Assembly: GCA_963833985.1 (NCBI GenBank)
Contig: CAWIAD010000002.1
Span: forward strand, 4,320,001 to 4,384,000
Source: an uncultured Planctomycetaceae bacterium
GTDB lineage: Bacteria; Planctomycetota; Planctomycetia; Isosphaerales; Isosphaeraceae
DNA length: 64,000 nt
Reading direction: 5' to 3'
Shown here: positions 41,275 through 51,955 of the stretch, one piece after another
Layout: the number at the start of each line of letters is the position of its first letter
How positions within the stretch are numbered: position 1 is the stretch's first letter
Notes under the pieces: model-generated
Told to the model about the DNA's origin: nothing
The model's database searches: none
Seen by the model: the letters and a program-made list of their open reading frames with translations, nothing else
Program-made: the position numbers and the translations under genes

Positions 41275-42387
41275 ATGGACCCCCGCTACGCGATCGACAC
41301 CCTGGACGGCTTGCTCAGCCCGTCGCTCCTGGTGTTCCGTGACCTGGTGCAGGACAACCTGTGCCGGATGATCGTGCTGGCGCACGGCCCGGATCGGCTG
41401 CGTCCCCACGTCAAGACGCACAAGATGGCCGCGATCACCCGGATGGCTGTCGCGCTGGGGATCTCCCGGCACAAGGCCGCTACCATCGCGGAGGCGGAGA
41501 TGGTGGCCGCGGCCGGCGGCAGCGATGTCCTGCTGGCGTATCCGCTGGTCGGGCCCAACCTGGAGCGGTGGGCGAAACTGGTGCGGGCCTATCCTCAGAC
41601 GACCTTCCGCGCCGTTGTCGACTGCCCCGAATCCGCCCGAGCGCTCGCCGCAGCCGTCGACGGGCTGAACCGTCCGGTCCCGGTGCTGGTGGATCTGGAC
41701 GTGGGCATGGGGCGTACGGGAATCCATCCCGGCGAACAGGCCGAGGCGCTGTACGCCCTGGTGGCTGGCTTGCCCGGCCTGGCGGCCGACGGACTGCACG
41801 CCTACGACGGTCATATCCGTGAGACGGACGTCGCGGCACGGCGCGCGGCGGTCCGGCGCGTGCAAGAGCTGACCTTTGGGCTGCGCGACCGCCTCGTGCA
41901 CGCGGGGTTGCCCGTGCCGCGCGTCGTCATCGGCGGCACGCCGACTTTCCCGATGCACGCGGAGTGCGACGAGCCGGGCGTGGAATGTTCGCCGGGAACG
42001 ATTGTGCTCCATGATCACGCCTACGCCACGCGCTTTCCAGACCTGAACTTCACTCCCGCGGCCCTTTTGCTGACCCGCGTGGTGAGCCATCCCGGCGCGC
42101 GCCGGCTCTGCCTCGACCTCGGGCACAAGGCGGTCGCGGCGGACCCGGCCGGCCCGCGGGCGCACCTGATCGATGTTCCCGACACGACCTTTTTGGGCCA
42201 GAGCGAGGAGCATCTCGTGGTCGAGACTCCCGCGGCGGACCGTTTCCCGTTGGGCACTGCCGTGCTGGCCATTCCCACCCATATTTGCCCCACCTCGGCC
42301 CTGCATCGCCGCGCGTCGGTGATCGCCGGCGGCCGGCTGGTCGACGAGTGGGAGGTCTCGGCACGCGACCGCGTTTTGCAGGTTTGA
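41275..42387 (+). CDS. PLP-dependent D-threonine aldolase/DSD1-family enzyme
   Basis: LRPHVKTHK, DVGMGRTG, HAYDGH, GGTPT, SEEHLV, PTHICPT. Confidence 0.9.
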   Translation: MDPRYAIDTLDGLLSPSLLVFRDLVQDNLCRMIVLAHGPDRLRPHVKTHKMAAITRMAVALGISRHKAATIAEAEMVAAAGGSDVLLAYPLVGPNLERWAKLVRAYPQTTFRAVVDCPESARALAAAVDGLNRPVPVLVDLDVGMGRTGIHPGEQAEALYALVAGLPGLAADGLHAYDGHIRETDVAARRAAVRRVQELTFGLRDRLVHAGLPVPRVVIGGTPTFPMHAECDEPGVECSPGTIVLHDHAYATRFPDLNFTPAALLLTRVVSHPGARRLCLDLGHKAVAADPAGPRAHLIDVPDTTFLGQSEEHLVVETPAADRFPLGTAVLAIPTHICPTSALHRRASVIAGGRLVDEWEVSARDRVLQV

Positions 42388-42606
42388 CTTGTGGAGCCTA
42401 TCGGTCTGGCTTCCGTGAGTAAGTCAGGATGAGATTCGCAACCGGCCATCAAAGAAAAAAAATGTGCGTATTTGCATTTCTGCCTTGCAAGTCCCGGGCA
42501 GCCGTTTCCGCCGTCCGAAGTTCGGAACGGGCTTTGCAAACCATGAGAGTCGTGGCCCTATCGTCCGTGGACCGCTCTCTGTGCCCCTCCTTGAAATGAC
42601 AATGCG

Positions 42607-44124
42607 ATGACAGACCTGGTGCCGATTCTTGCTGGAACCACCGTGGCGACGGGTATCGCCGGTCTCGACGACATTCTCAAGGGCGGCCTCACCGCCAACC
42701 GGCTTTATCTTGTGGAGGGTAATCCCGGCTCCGGCAAGACGACGCTGGCGATCCAGTACCTCCTCACTGGAGTCGCACGCGGAGAGAAGGCGCTCTATGT
42801 GACGCTCTCCGAGACGCGCGAAGAGCTTGAATCGGTGGCGGCCTCGCACGGCTGGTCGCTCGAGGGAATCGAGATCGTGGAACTCGTGCCCTCGGAGATC
42901 GATCTCGAGCCGGAAAACCAGTACACGATGTTCAAACCGGCCGACCTGGAGCTGGGCGCAACCACGAAGCGCATCCTCTCCCAGGTGGATCGTGTCAAGC
43001 CGTCACGGATGGTTGTCGACTCGCTTTCAGAGATGCGGCTGCTGGCGCAAAGCCCCTTGCGTTACCGCCGGCAAGTGCTTGCGTTCAAGCAGTATTTCAC
43101 GGGCTGCCGATGTACCGTGCTGTTCCTGGATGATCTCACGTCCGAGGCCTCCGACCTTCAGCTTCAAAGCATCGCCCATGGCGTTCTGAGCCTGGAGCAA
43201 CTCTCGCCGGAGTACGGGGCGGAAAGGCGCAGGCTTCGGGTCATCAAGCTGCGTGGCAGCTCATTTCGTGGCGGATACCATGACTTCATCATCAGCCGGG
43301 GCGGCCTGAGCGTCTTTCCCAGGCTGGTCGCCGCCGACCATGAACACGTTAACCAGTCGATCGACCAGCTTCCCAGCGGGATCCCGGAGCTCGACCAGTT
43401 GCTCGGCGGCGGAATCGAGCACGGGACCAGCATGCTCTTGCTCGGTCCGGCCGGATGCGGCAAGTCGTCGATGGCACTTCAGTTTGCCGTGTCGGCGGCA
43501 TCGCGCGGCGAGCGGGCCGCGATGTTCATCTTCGATGAGCGGCTGGAGACGCTCCAGGCCAGGGCGGCCGGACTCGGAATGCCCTTGCAGAAGCACCTGA
43601 AAACAGGTGCCATCCGGATCCAGTCGGTCGACCCTGGCGAGCTCTCGCCCGGCGAGTTCGCCATGAATGTGCGGCAGGCCGCGGAAGTCGACAGGGATGG
43701 TGTGCGCACCCGGGTGGTCGTGATCGACAGCCTCAACGCCTACATCAACGCCATGCCCGAGGAGCGGTTTCTGGAGATCCAGCTTCACGAGCTGCTCACC
43801 TACCTGGGCCACGAGGGCGTGATCACGCTCATCATTGCCGCGCAGCACGGCATCGTGGGCGAGATGCGTAGCGTCGTCGATACATCGTACCTGGCCGATT
43901 CGGTGATCATGCTGCGTTACTTCGAGGCGTTTGGAGCGGTCCGGCAGGCCGTCTCCGTACTCAAGAAAAGGAGCGGCCCACACGAGCGGGGCATTCGCGA
44001 GCTGACAATGGAGAGCGGTGGACTTCATGTCGGCAGACCGCTCACGGAATTCCAGGGAGTGCTCAGTGGGAAGCCAGTCTTCCTCGGTTCCGACACGTCG
44101 CTCTTGAGGCCGTTCAATGAGTGA
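42607..44124 (+). CDS. KaiC-like double-domain ATPase (non-canonical, Ser-Tyr at the phosphosites)
   Basis: GNPGSGKT and GPAGCGKS Walker A motifs; [29 protein letters not shown]. Confidence 0.88.
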   Translation: MTDLVPILAGTTVATGIAGLDDILKGGLTANRLYLVEGNPGSGKTTLAIQYLLTGVARGEKALYVTLSETREELESVAASHGWSLEGIEIVELVPSEIDLEPENQYTMFKPADLELGATTKRILSQVDRVKPSRMVVDSLSEMRLLAQSPLRYRRQVLAFKQYFTGCRCTVLFLDDLTSEASDLQLQSIAHGVLSLEQLSPEYGAERRRLRVIKLRGSSFRGGYHDFIISRGGLSVFPRLVAADHEHVNQSIDQLPSGIPELDQLLGGGIEHGTSMLLLGPAGCGKSSMALQFAVSAASRGERAAMFIFDERLETLQARAAGLGMPLQKHLKTGAIRIQSVDPGELSPGEFAMNVRQAAEVDRDGVRTRVVVIDSLNAYINAMPEERFLEIQLHELLTYLGHEGVITLIIAAQHGIVGEMRSVVDTSYLADSVIMLRYFEAFGAVRQAVSVLKKRSGPHERGIRELTMESGGLHVGRPLTEFQGVLSGKPVFLGSDTSLLRPFNE

Positions 44125-46115
44125 TCCGCACTCCGGGATGGCCTGCCAGGATGAAAGAGTGCTGCTCTTGCTGCCCACGCTCCGTGACCAGCAGGTCACT
44201 CGGGGCATCCTGGACGCGGCAGGCATCGCTTCATGCCCATGCTCTGGCATGGACGAGCTGTGCCAGGAAGCCGCGCGCGGAGCCGGAGCAGCCATCGTCA
44301 CTGCGGAGTCCATACTCTGGGGCGGCTTCACGCCCCTCACCATCTTTCTGAGCAGCCAGCCTCCCTGGTCCGACATGCCTTTGATCGTCCTCACGGCTAC
44401 CGCCGACGAGTCCTCGGAACGGATCAATCGCCTGCTCAGCGCCGGCCACATGACCCTGGTGAAGCGCCCCGTCGATGTTTCCGCGCTGGTGACGACCGTG
44501 CAGAGCGCCATACGCGACCGGCGGCGGCAATACGAGGTGCGCCGGCTCATCGCCGAGCACGAGAGGCAGGCAGCCGAGATTCGCGACAGCGAGGAGCGTT
44601 TCCGCACGCTCGCCGATAGCGTGCAGCAGCTCTTCTGGACCACCAGGGCCGATGGACAGTGCGATTACCTGAGCCGGCAATGGGTCGAGTACACGGGTAT
44701 TTCCGAAGCCGAGCAACTGGGGCTGCAATGGCTGGAGCTGGTGATTCACCCGGACGATCAGCAGCGTGCGCTGGCCTGCTGGGAGCGGGCCGTCGCCGGA
44801 GAGGATCGCTACGACCTGGAGTACCGCATGCGCCGATTTGACGGCGTATACCGCTGGTTCAAGACGCGGGGCACACCGCTTCGCGACGAGCAGGGCAAGA
44901 TCAGCCGATGGTTCGGCACCTGCACCGATATCGACGATCAGAAGCAGGCTCAGGAGGCGCTTCGCGACGCCGATCGCAAGAAGGACGAATTCCTGGCGAT
45001 GCTGGCGCATGAACTACGAAACCCGCTGGCGGCCATTGGCAGTGCCGCCTTGCTTCTGGGCTCAAGTGATCCACGGGCCCATACGCCGTGGGCCAAGGAG
45101 GTCATCGACCGCCAGGTGACGCAGCTGGGACGGCTCATCGACGACCTGCTGGACGTCTCGCGAATCACCCAGGGAAAGATCGAGCCTCCGCAAGGAAGTC
45201 GTCGAGGTCTCTCGCGTCCTGACCTATGCCATCGAGTCGGTGCGTCCGCTCATCGAACGGTGCCATCACAGGCTGGAGATCGCCTGCGGCCCGGGGCCTC
45301 TGCGCGTGGAAGCCGACCCGACCCGGCTCGAGCAAATCCTGGTCAACCTGCTGAGCAATGCCGCAAAGTACACCTCGCCCGGGGGACGCATCGTGGTCAG
45401 TACAGTCCACGACGGCTCCCAGGTGCTCATCCGCGTGGCCGACAACGGCATCGGCATCCCGCCGGAAAAGCTGCCCTCGATGTTTGAGCTCTTCACCCAG
45501 GGCGATCGTTCACTGGCACGCACCGAGGGCGGCCTGGGTATCGGGCTCACACTGGTCAAGCGGCTCACGGAGTTCCACGGCGGATCGGTCACGGCCAGAA
45601 GCGATGGCAAAGGCCTCGGGTCGGAGTTCGTTGTCAGATTCCCCTCGGCGGCCCAGTCCGGTCCGGAAGAGCGAGAACCCGCAGCCTTACCGCCCGCCTG
45701 GACCAATCAACCCAAGCACATCCTGGTCGTCGACGACCAGCCGGATGCGGCCTGGGCCTTGAGCAAGCTGCTCGAACGGCTGGGCCACGAGGTCCAGGTG
45801 GCTCACGACGGCCCGGAAGCGCTGACGCTGGCGAATCGGCAAACGCCCGATTGCATCCTTCTGGATATTGGCCTCCCTGGAATTGACGGCTACGATGTGG
45901 CCTGGGAACTGCGAAAAAAAGACGACTTCAAGAAAACCGTCATCATCGCCATCTCCGGCTACGGACAGGAAGAAGACCGCCGGAAGTCGCTCGCCGCCGG
46001 CTTCGATCATCACCTGGTCAAGCCCGTCGATCATGAAGAATTGCTCTCCCTGGTCGGCCGCGCCGGTCTCGACCGCCCCGATCGTGACAGGCGAGAGGCC
46101 GCGGCTCACTTCTGA
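44117..46115 (+). CDS. Pseudo-receiver-PAS-HisKA-HATPase-REC hybrid kinase; frameshift near 45185
   Basis: Overlaps the kaiC-like stop; [14 protein letters not shown]-terminal domain, [15 protein letters not shown]. An extra C at GKIE-L joins ORFs 44117-45487 and 45240-46115. Confidence 0.88.
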
Positions 46116-46351
46116 AACATGATCCTGACTGCTGCCGTCATTCCCACCGCCCGGGTGTCCCGCCTGGTGGCTCACTCCGCCTGAGATATCCGGGAGACCG
46201 CGCACGCCTGCTGCCCCGCACCCGACCCATTTCTCGGCTCACAAGAATCTGACCGCTCTGCCGAATCCTTGACCTAGTGTTGAGTCGGAACGCCTCCATC
46301 AATCGCGCTGTCCTGCGTGCACGATGAAGGCACGTGGTCGGGGCTCGGGTC

Positions 46352-46699
46352 ATGAGCACGGACGAGAGACCAGCGGATCTGCTCGTCGAGGCGATCGGAG
46401 AATTCCGCCTGGAACTCATGCAGTGGATTGATTTTCAGTTGAGTCTGCTCTCCCAGCGGGAAGCCCGGCCTGGGGACGCCGGGGTGGCGGCCGGAGTTGA
46501 CGGCAGCTCCACTCACCGGCACGAGGCCCAGGCCATACCCATGGCGGAGGCGGACGTGCCATTTGCTCCGGCCAGCCCGGCACCGCACGAGGTTTCCGAG
46601 GCTGCAACGCAGGTTGACCCCAGGCTGCGGCTCGACGCCCTGGCCCGAAGGCTGGGAGAGCGAATCCGCCACAGCGAGGAAACACGCAAGGGACCCTGA
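46352..46699 (+). CDS. Small hypothetical protein
   Basis: Helical ends (EAIGEFRLELMQWID; DPRLRLDALARRLGERIR) around a low-complexity linker. Confidence 0.55.
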   Translation: MSTDERPADLLVEAIGEFRLELMQWIDFQLSLLSQREARPGDAGVAAGVDGSSTHRHEAQAIPMAEADVPFAPASPAPHEVSEAATQVDPRLRLDALARRLGERIRHSEETRKGP

Positions 46700-46744
46700 G
46701 GACGTGGAAGCCACAGGCTAAATAGCTCCCCATAAGAGGGAAAG

Positions 46745-46798
46745 TGTGGGACAGCCGCCCTCGGCCGTCCTGAGCCAGCCGAGGGCGGCTGGCCCACA
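46745..46798. repeat. Long intergenic inverted repeat (21-bp arms, one mismatch)
   Basis: TGTGGGACAGCCGCCCTCGGC-N12-GCCGAGGGCGGCTGGCCCACA. Confidence 0.75.
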
Positions 46799-46902
46799 TT
46801 CCTGGAGTCGAGGCTCTATTTAGTACGGAAAGAGTGCTGGCACGGCTGGTCCCGCGGTCGCGGTACGGTCGATGACGATGCGAAGTCAAGGAACCAGGCA
46901 GT

Positions 46903-47424
46903 ATGGCCGATGACGAGTCGTTTTGTTTATTTCACTGTGAAGGGCAGGCGTTCGCGGTTGCCGTCGCCAGCGTGGCCGAGATCGCCGAGGTGGACGCCCT
47001 GGTCCGCATCAGCCTCTGTCCTCCGCAGATCGCCGGGCTCTGCCCTTATCATCGGCAGGTCGTGCCCGTGGTGAGCTTCGCGCACGCCATCGCACAGGAG
47101 ACGGTCCCCGACGCCGAGATCCGCCCTGCCGCCGGCCCGTCCCGTGTCGTTGTGCTGATCCTGGATACCAACCAGGGGCTCTGGGGGATCATGATCGATC
47201 GCAAGGGGGTGAGCATCAGCTCCCGGAGACCGGAGCGGACCGAGCCCCGAGAACGAAGCGACGGAGTGGTGACGGCGGGGCACATCGAACACCAGGGGGT
47301 CGTCTACAGCCTGCTCGATGCCGAGCACACCTGGCACGGACTGAGAAACGCGGTGGCCGGCTGGTACGCCTTCCTGAATGAGTCCACCGCGGCCCGGCGC
47401 GTCGGCGCCCAGGTTGCGCTTTGA
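46903..47424 (+). CDS. cheW: CheW family coupling protein
   Basis: FCLFHCEGQAFAVAVASVAEI...PPQIAGLCPYHRQVVPVV...WGIMID. Confidence 0.8.
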   Translation: MADDESFCLFHCEGQAFAVAVASVAEIAEVDALVRISLCPPQIAGLCPYHRQVVPVVSFAHAIAQETVPDAEIRPAAGPSRVVVLILDTNQGLWGIMIDRKGVSISSRRPERTEPRERSDGVVTAGHIEHQGVVYSLLDAEHTWHGLRNAVAGWYAFLNESTAARRVGAQVAL

Positions 47425-47504
47425 AACCTTGAAAGCGGTTCGGGGCCGGTAAGCCCCGGTATGACAGGGGTCAACAGAGTCTGGCTCTGACTTCGAGGGA
47501 CGGC

Positions 47505-48885
47505 ATGCCGTTGCAAGCTGGGGCGATGGTGCTGGGAGCGATCCTGGGTTTACTGGGCGGGGGCGCGACGATGGCCGCGCTGCTGCTGCTGAGCCTCTCC
47601 GGCAAGATACGCGGTTGGCATCCTGCCCGCGGCGCTGGCCGGGGCTAGCGCGGCCTGGCTGGTCTGCCGCCACGCGCTGGACCGGGCCGCCGACGGCCTG
47701 GAGATGTTGACGAGCGACGAGCACGACAGTGCCGGAACGATGGCTTCACCGCCCGGGATCGGACACGCGGTCCTGGACGGCGAGCTGGCCCGGCTGCACG
47801 AGCGCCTCCAGCAGGCAAGCCGGCTCCAGTACGAGCTGGGGAAGGCGGAGCATACGGCGCGGGTCTTTTGCGCGTCGCTGAATGGATCGGGCTCGCCGGC
47901 CGGTAAGGAAATCAGCATGGGCGACGTCGGGGCGAAGCTGCCGGGCCTACTCGACCGGCTGCGGCAGACGGCGATTGCCATTCATCAGGACGCCGCATCG
48001 CTGGGCGAGGTGAACGAGCATGTCGCCTCGGGAGCGGCCGACCAGTCTGACGCCGTGGGCCGCACCGCGTCGGCGGTCGAGGCGCTCTCGGAGAAGATCG
48101 ATCGCATCTCCACCAGCGCCGAGGAAGCCGCTCAGGCCTGCGAGCGCGCCCGCGACGAGGCGCGCCGCGGGCTCGAGCAGGTGCACAGCGTGATCGAGGG
48201 GATGGACCGCCTGCTTGCCCAGATCGAGACCAACGGCCGCAAGACCAAGCGGCTCGAGGACCGGTCCAACGAGATCGGCGTCATCGTCGACCTGATCCGC
48301 GACATCTCCAGCCGCACCGACATGCTGGCCCTCAACGCCACCATCGAATCCGTCCGCGCCGGCGAGCACGGCCGCGGCTTCGCCGTCGTTGCCGAGGAGA
48401 TCCGCAAGCTCGCCGAACGGACAGCCACCGCCACGCGTGAGATTGGCACCATCGTCGAGGCCATCGAGGTGGATACGCACGAGACGATCCGCGCCCTCGG
48501 CCAGGAGCAGACCGAGATGCAGCGCGAGAGTCAACGCGTGCGTGAGACCGGCTCGGCGCTCGAGCGCATCAGCCAGGTTGCCGAGCACTCCGCACGCCTG
48601 GTCGAAGGGATCTCGCGCTCCACCAACGATCAGGTCGTCGCCACTCAGGACCTGGTGCGGGCCATGCAGCGGATCTCCGAGGTGACCAACCAGACGCTGG
48701 AGCGCACCACGGTCTCGCGGACGGCCCTGCAAGCGCTGGTCAGGTCTTTTGAACCCTGGCAGAAGCTGGCTGCCGGCGGGCTCGCGGGCGAGGACGCCAG
48801 GCCCGATGAGCCAGCGCACGGCGTGCCGCGATTGCACGATTCGCGGAGGGCCCGCAAGCTGGCCGGGGAAGAGGTGGCCCGATGA
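47505..48885 (+). CDS. Methyl-accepting chemotaxis protein with two adjacent TM helices; frameshift near 47605
   Basis: Hairpin tip [40 protein letters not shown] 47505 after GAGGGA. TM1 ([13 protein letters not shown]...) and TM2 ([20 protein letters not shown]) are in adjacent frames. Confidence 0.85.
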
Positions 48886-51800
48886 CGCGAGCGGCTGAGA
48901 ACCGCCCGGCCGAGCCCGTCTCCCTCTCCAGCCGTCTCGAAGAGGCTCTCGGGCCGATTCGGACAGGCACTCGAGGGCACCTTGCCGCTCTGCCAGCTCG
49001 AGGAGGTTCGCACCGCGATCGATGCCTTGCGGAGCGAGGTCGAGAGCCGCGGCCTGCATGGGCGTTCCACCGCGCTGGGGCGGATCAGCGCGCTCACCGA
49101 GGTCTGGGAATGCCTGGCGGGCGACCCACAGAACCATCCGGACGAGGTTGGCTTTTTCTGCGCCAAGGCCCTCAGCCAGCTTGCCCGCGGGGAAGATCCG
49201 GCGGACAACGGGCACGACGGAATCGTGGAATGGATCCTCGAGCATTCCTCATCCGCCTGGGGCGAATACCTGCAACTCATCGAGAGCAAGCCGCAGGCTG
49301 GCAGCGATCCCGACGCCGCAGGCGACGGATTCGAGCTTCCGCCGGAGCCCATTGACGATGTCCTCGCGGACGCCGACACGGGCCAGGACCTGCTGATCGA
49401 CGCACAATCCTTGCTGAGGCTCTTCCAGGGGGGCACGCCGGACCCTGGCGCTCGGGCCGCGACCGCGGTTCCGGAGCCGCCGGCCAGGGTGACACCTCCG
49501 CCTCCGCACTTCGGTGTCGTCCCTCCGCCTCGGCCCGCCGCGCCCATGCCGGCGCGAGCGAAAGCTCCGGAACGCCCGCCGAAGGAGCCTGCCGCATTCC
49601 AGGTTCCTCCCCTGCCCTCCGAGATCAACCTCGACGAGGAGATCCGCGAAGCCTTCCTGGCCGACACGTCGGACCTGCTGGAACGGATCGAGCCGCGGGT
49701 GCTGGGGCTCGCCCACGAATCAGACCCCGGGCCCTCACTCCGAGAGCTGGGACGCTGCTTTCACACGCTCAAGGGAGCCGCCGGCAGCGTGGGCCTGGGC
49801 GACCTGGCGGCCCTGGTGCACGCCCTGGAGGAACATCTGGAGGAGACCAGCGGACCGGCCTCGCCTGAGCTGATCGATGTGCTCCACCAGACGCTCGGCT
49901 ACCTCGACGGCGTCGTCGGCCTGCTCCGCAACCGCAACGCACGACCCGCCGGCCTGGGCCCCTCCATCGCCAGCGGCGATGCTGCGGGCGGCCGGACGCT
50001 GCCCCTCGAGCAGGCGGCCGTCATGTCCCCGGCCCAGGCCGTCACGACCGCCGGCCCCGATGCCCCGGACTTGCCACTCCAGGGCTCCTCCACCGAGGTG
50101 GCGGCCGCGGAGGGCACCTCGGCCTCTTCCGACGGGCCAATCCGCGTGCCGGCGTCGCGCTTCGATGACCTCATGGACATCGTCTCGGAGCTGATCGCCA
50201 GGCGCAGGCTCTGGAGCGACCAGGCCGGGTCGCTCAAGTCGATGTCCCAGGTGGTTCGCAACTGCCGGGGGCGGATGCTGGCGATCCTCGAGCGGCTGCA
50301 CGAGACCGGCCTGGGACGGGAAAACCGCACGCTCGACACCGCTTCCGGGGTCGACCTGCCCGGACAGATGCGCCGGCTTGGTGAGCTGGCCGACGACCTG
50401 TCGGTGCTGGCCGAGACGGCCCAGGCGGCGGCCCTGCCCCTGGCCGATCATGGCGATGCGCTGGGCCGGCTCACGCTGCAACTGTGGGACGAGCTCCAGC
50501 GGATCCGCATCGTTCCCATTCGCGGCCTCTTCCAGCGGCTGGCGCGCGTGGCCCATGACGCGGCCAGGGTGGAGGGGCGGCACGTCGAGGTGGTGCTCGT
50601 CGGCGAGGAGACCGGGCTCGACCGCGCCGTCCTGGACAAGGCCTTTGAGCCGCTCCTGCACGTGGTTCGCAACGCCGTGGGCCACGGCATTGAAACGGCC
50701 GCCGATCGGCAGGCCGCGGGCAAGCCCGCAGCCGGACGGATCACCCTCGAGGCCCGCAGGGAAGGCAACACGCTGGTCATCTCGGTTCAGGACGACGGCC
50801 GGGGACTGAACCACGAGGCCATCGCCGCCAAGGCGCGGAGGCTCGGGCTGCTGCGCCCCGATGAGAACCCCAGCATCGAACGGCTCAACCACCTCATCTT
50901 CCATTCCGGCTTCTCCACCAAGCAGGAAGCCAACGCCATCTCGGGCCGCGGCGTGGGCATGGACGTCGTGGCGCGCGAGGTGGGGACTCTCAAGGGAACC
51001 ATCGAGCTCCAGACCGAGCAGGGCCGGGGAACGCGGCTGACGATCCGCCTGCCGGCGCGGCTGGCATTGGAGACGGCCATGATCGTCCGGGTCGACGGCC
51101 AGGCCTTCGCGCTGCCGGTCGCCCAGATCGAGTTCGCGCAGCCGCTGGAAGGGGCGCCGTCAAGCGCCGCGGGAACACCGACCAGTCCACCGGAGATCCA
51201 GCAGGTGACGTTCCGGGACCAGCGCATAGCCGTGATCCATGCACGCAAAATGCTGGCGCCGGGCAGTACGTCGCCACCGCCGTGGCCTAAGCTTCTCGTG
51301 GTGCGATCGGCGAGCGGCCTGCTTGGCCTGGCCGTCGACAGCATCGAGGGCACCGAGGACCTGGTGATCAAGTCGCTGGGAGCGCTCCTGGCGGGTCACC
51401 CGGTGATCTCGGGAACCAGTCTCTCGCTCACAGGCGAGGTGATCACGATTCTCAATTCCTCCGGCCTGGAACGCTGGTCCAACGGTGGAGAGCCCCAGCA
51501 ACCGGCGGAATTCTCGGGGTCCGCCCCCGCGCTGAAGCTGAAGCAGCGTGCTGGCGAGAAGGTGCTTGTGGTCGACGATTCCATCAGCGTCCGGCGGGTG
51601 ATTGTCAGACAGCTCCGCCGCCTGGGTCTGGAAGTCGAGGAGGCCTCGGACGGGCTGGAGGCGCTGGGACGGCTGCGGTCGCGCTCTTATCAGCTGGTGG
51701 TGACCGACCTGGAGATGCCGCGCCTCGACGGCTTCGAGCTGCTGGCCGAACTGAAACGGCATCCCCCGCTGGCGGCGATACCGGTGATCGCCGCAAGCAC

Positions 51801-51927
51801 GAAGCGAGACGAGGAAACCCAGAAGCGGGTGCTTGCCCTGGGGGCCAGGGCGTTTCTGGCCAAGCCGGTAGACCCCTCTGCCCTGGCACAGGCCGTTGCA
51901 CCGCTCCTTACTCCTGCGGGCGGCTGA
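48882..51927 (+). CDS. cheA: CheA-REC hybrid kinase (Hpt, dimerisation, HATPase, CheW, REC); frameshift near 48960
   Basis: FHTLKGAA Hpt, [21 protein letters not shown]...[10 protein letters not shown], CheW domain, [18 protein letters not shown] overlap with the MCP stop. Confidence 0.92.
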
Positions 51928-51955
51928 AGTCGACCGATCCATTCTCGGAGAAATC

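Noticed and set aside
42390..42606. Riboswitch (e.g. c-di-GMP) upstream of the kaiC-like gene or in pil intergenic regions
   Set aside because: Only fragments of consensus are visible; it cannot be supported without a covariance-model search.
46838..46853. TGGCACG as a sigma-54 promoter for cheW
   Set aside because: The -12 TTGC element is absent (GTCCC).
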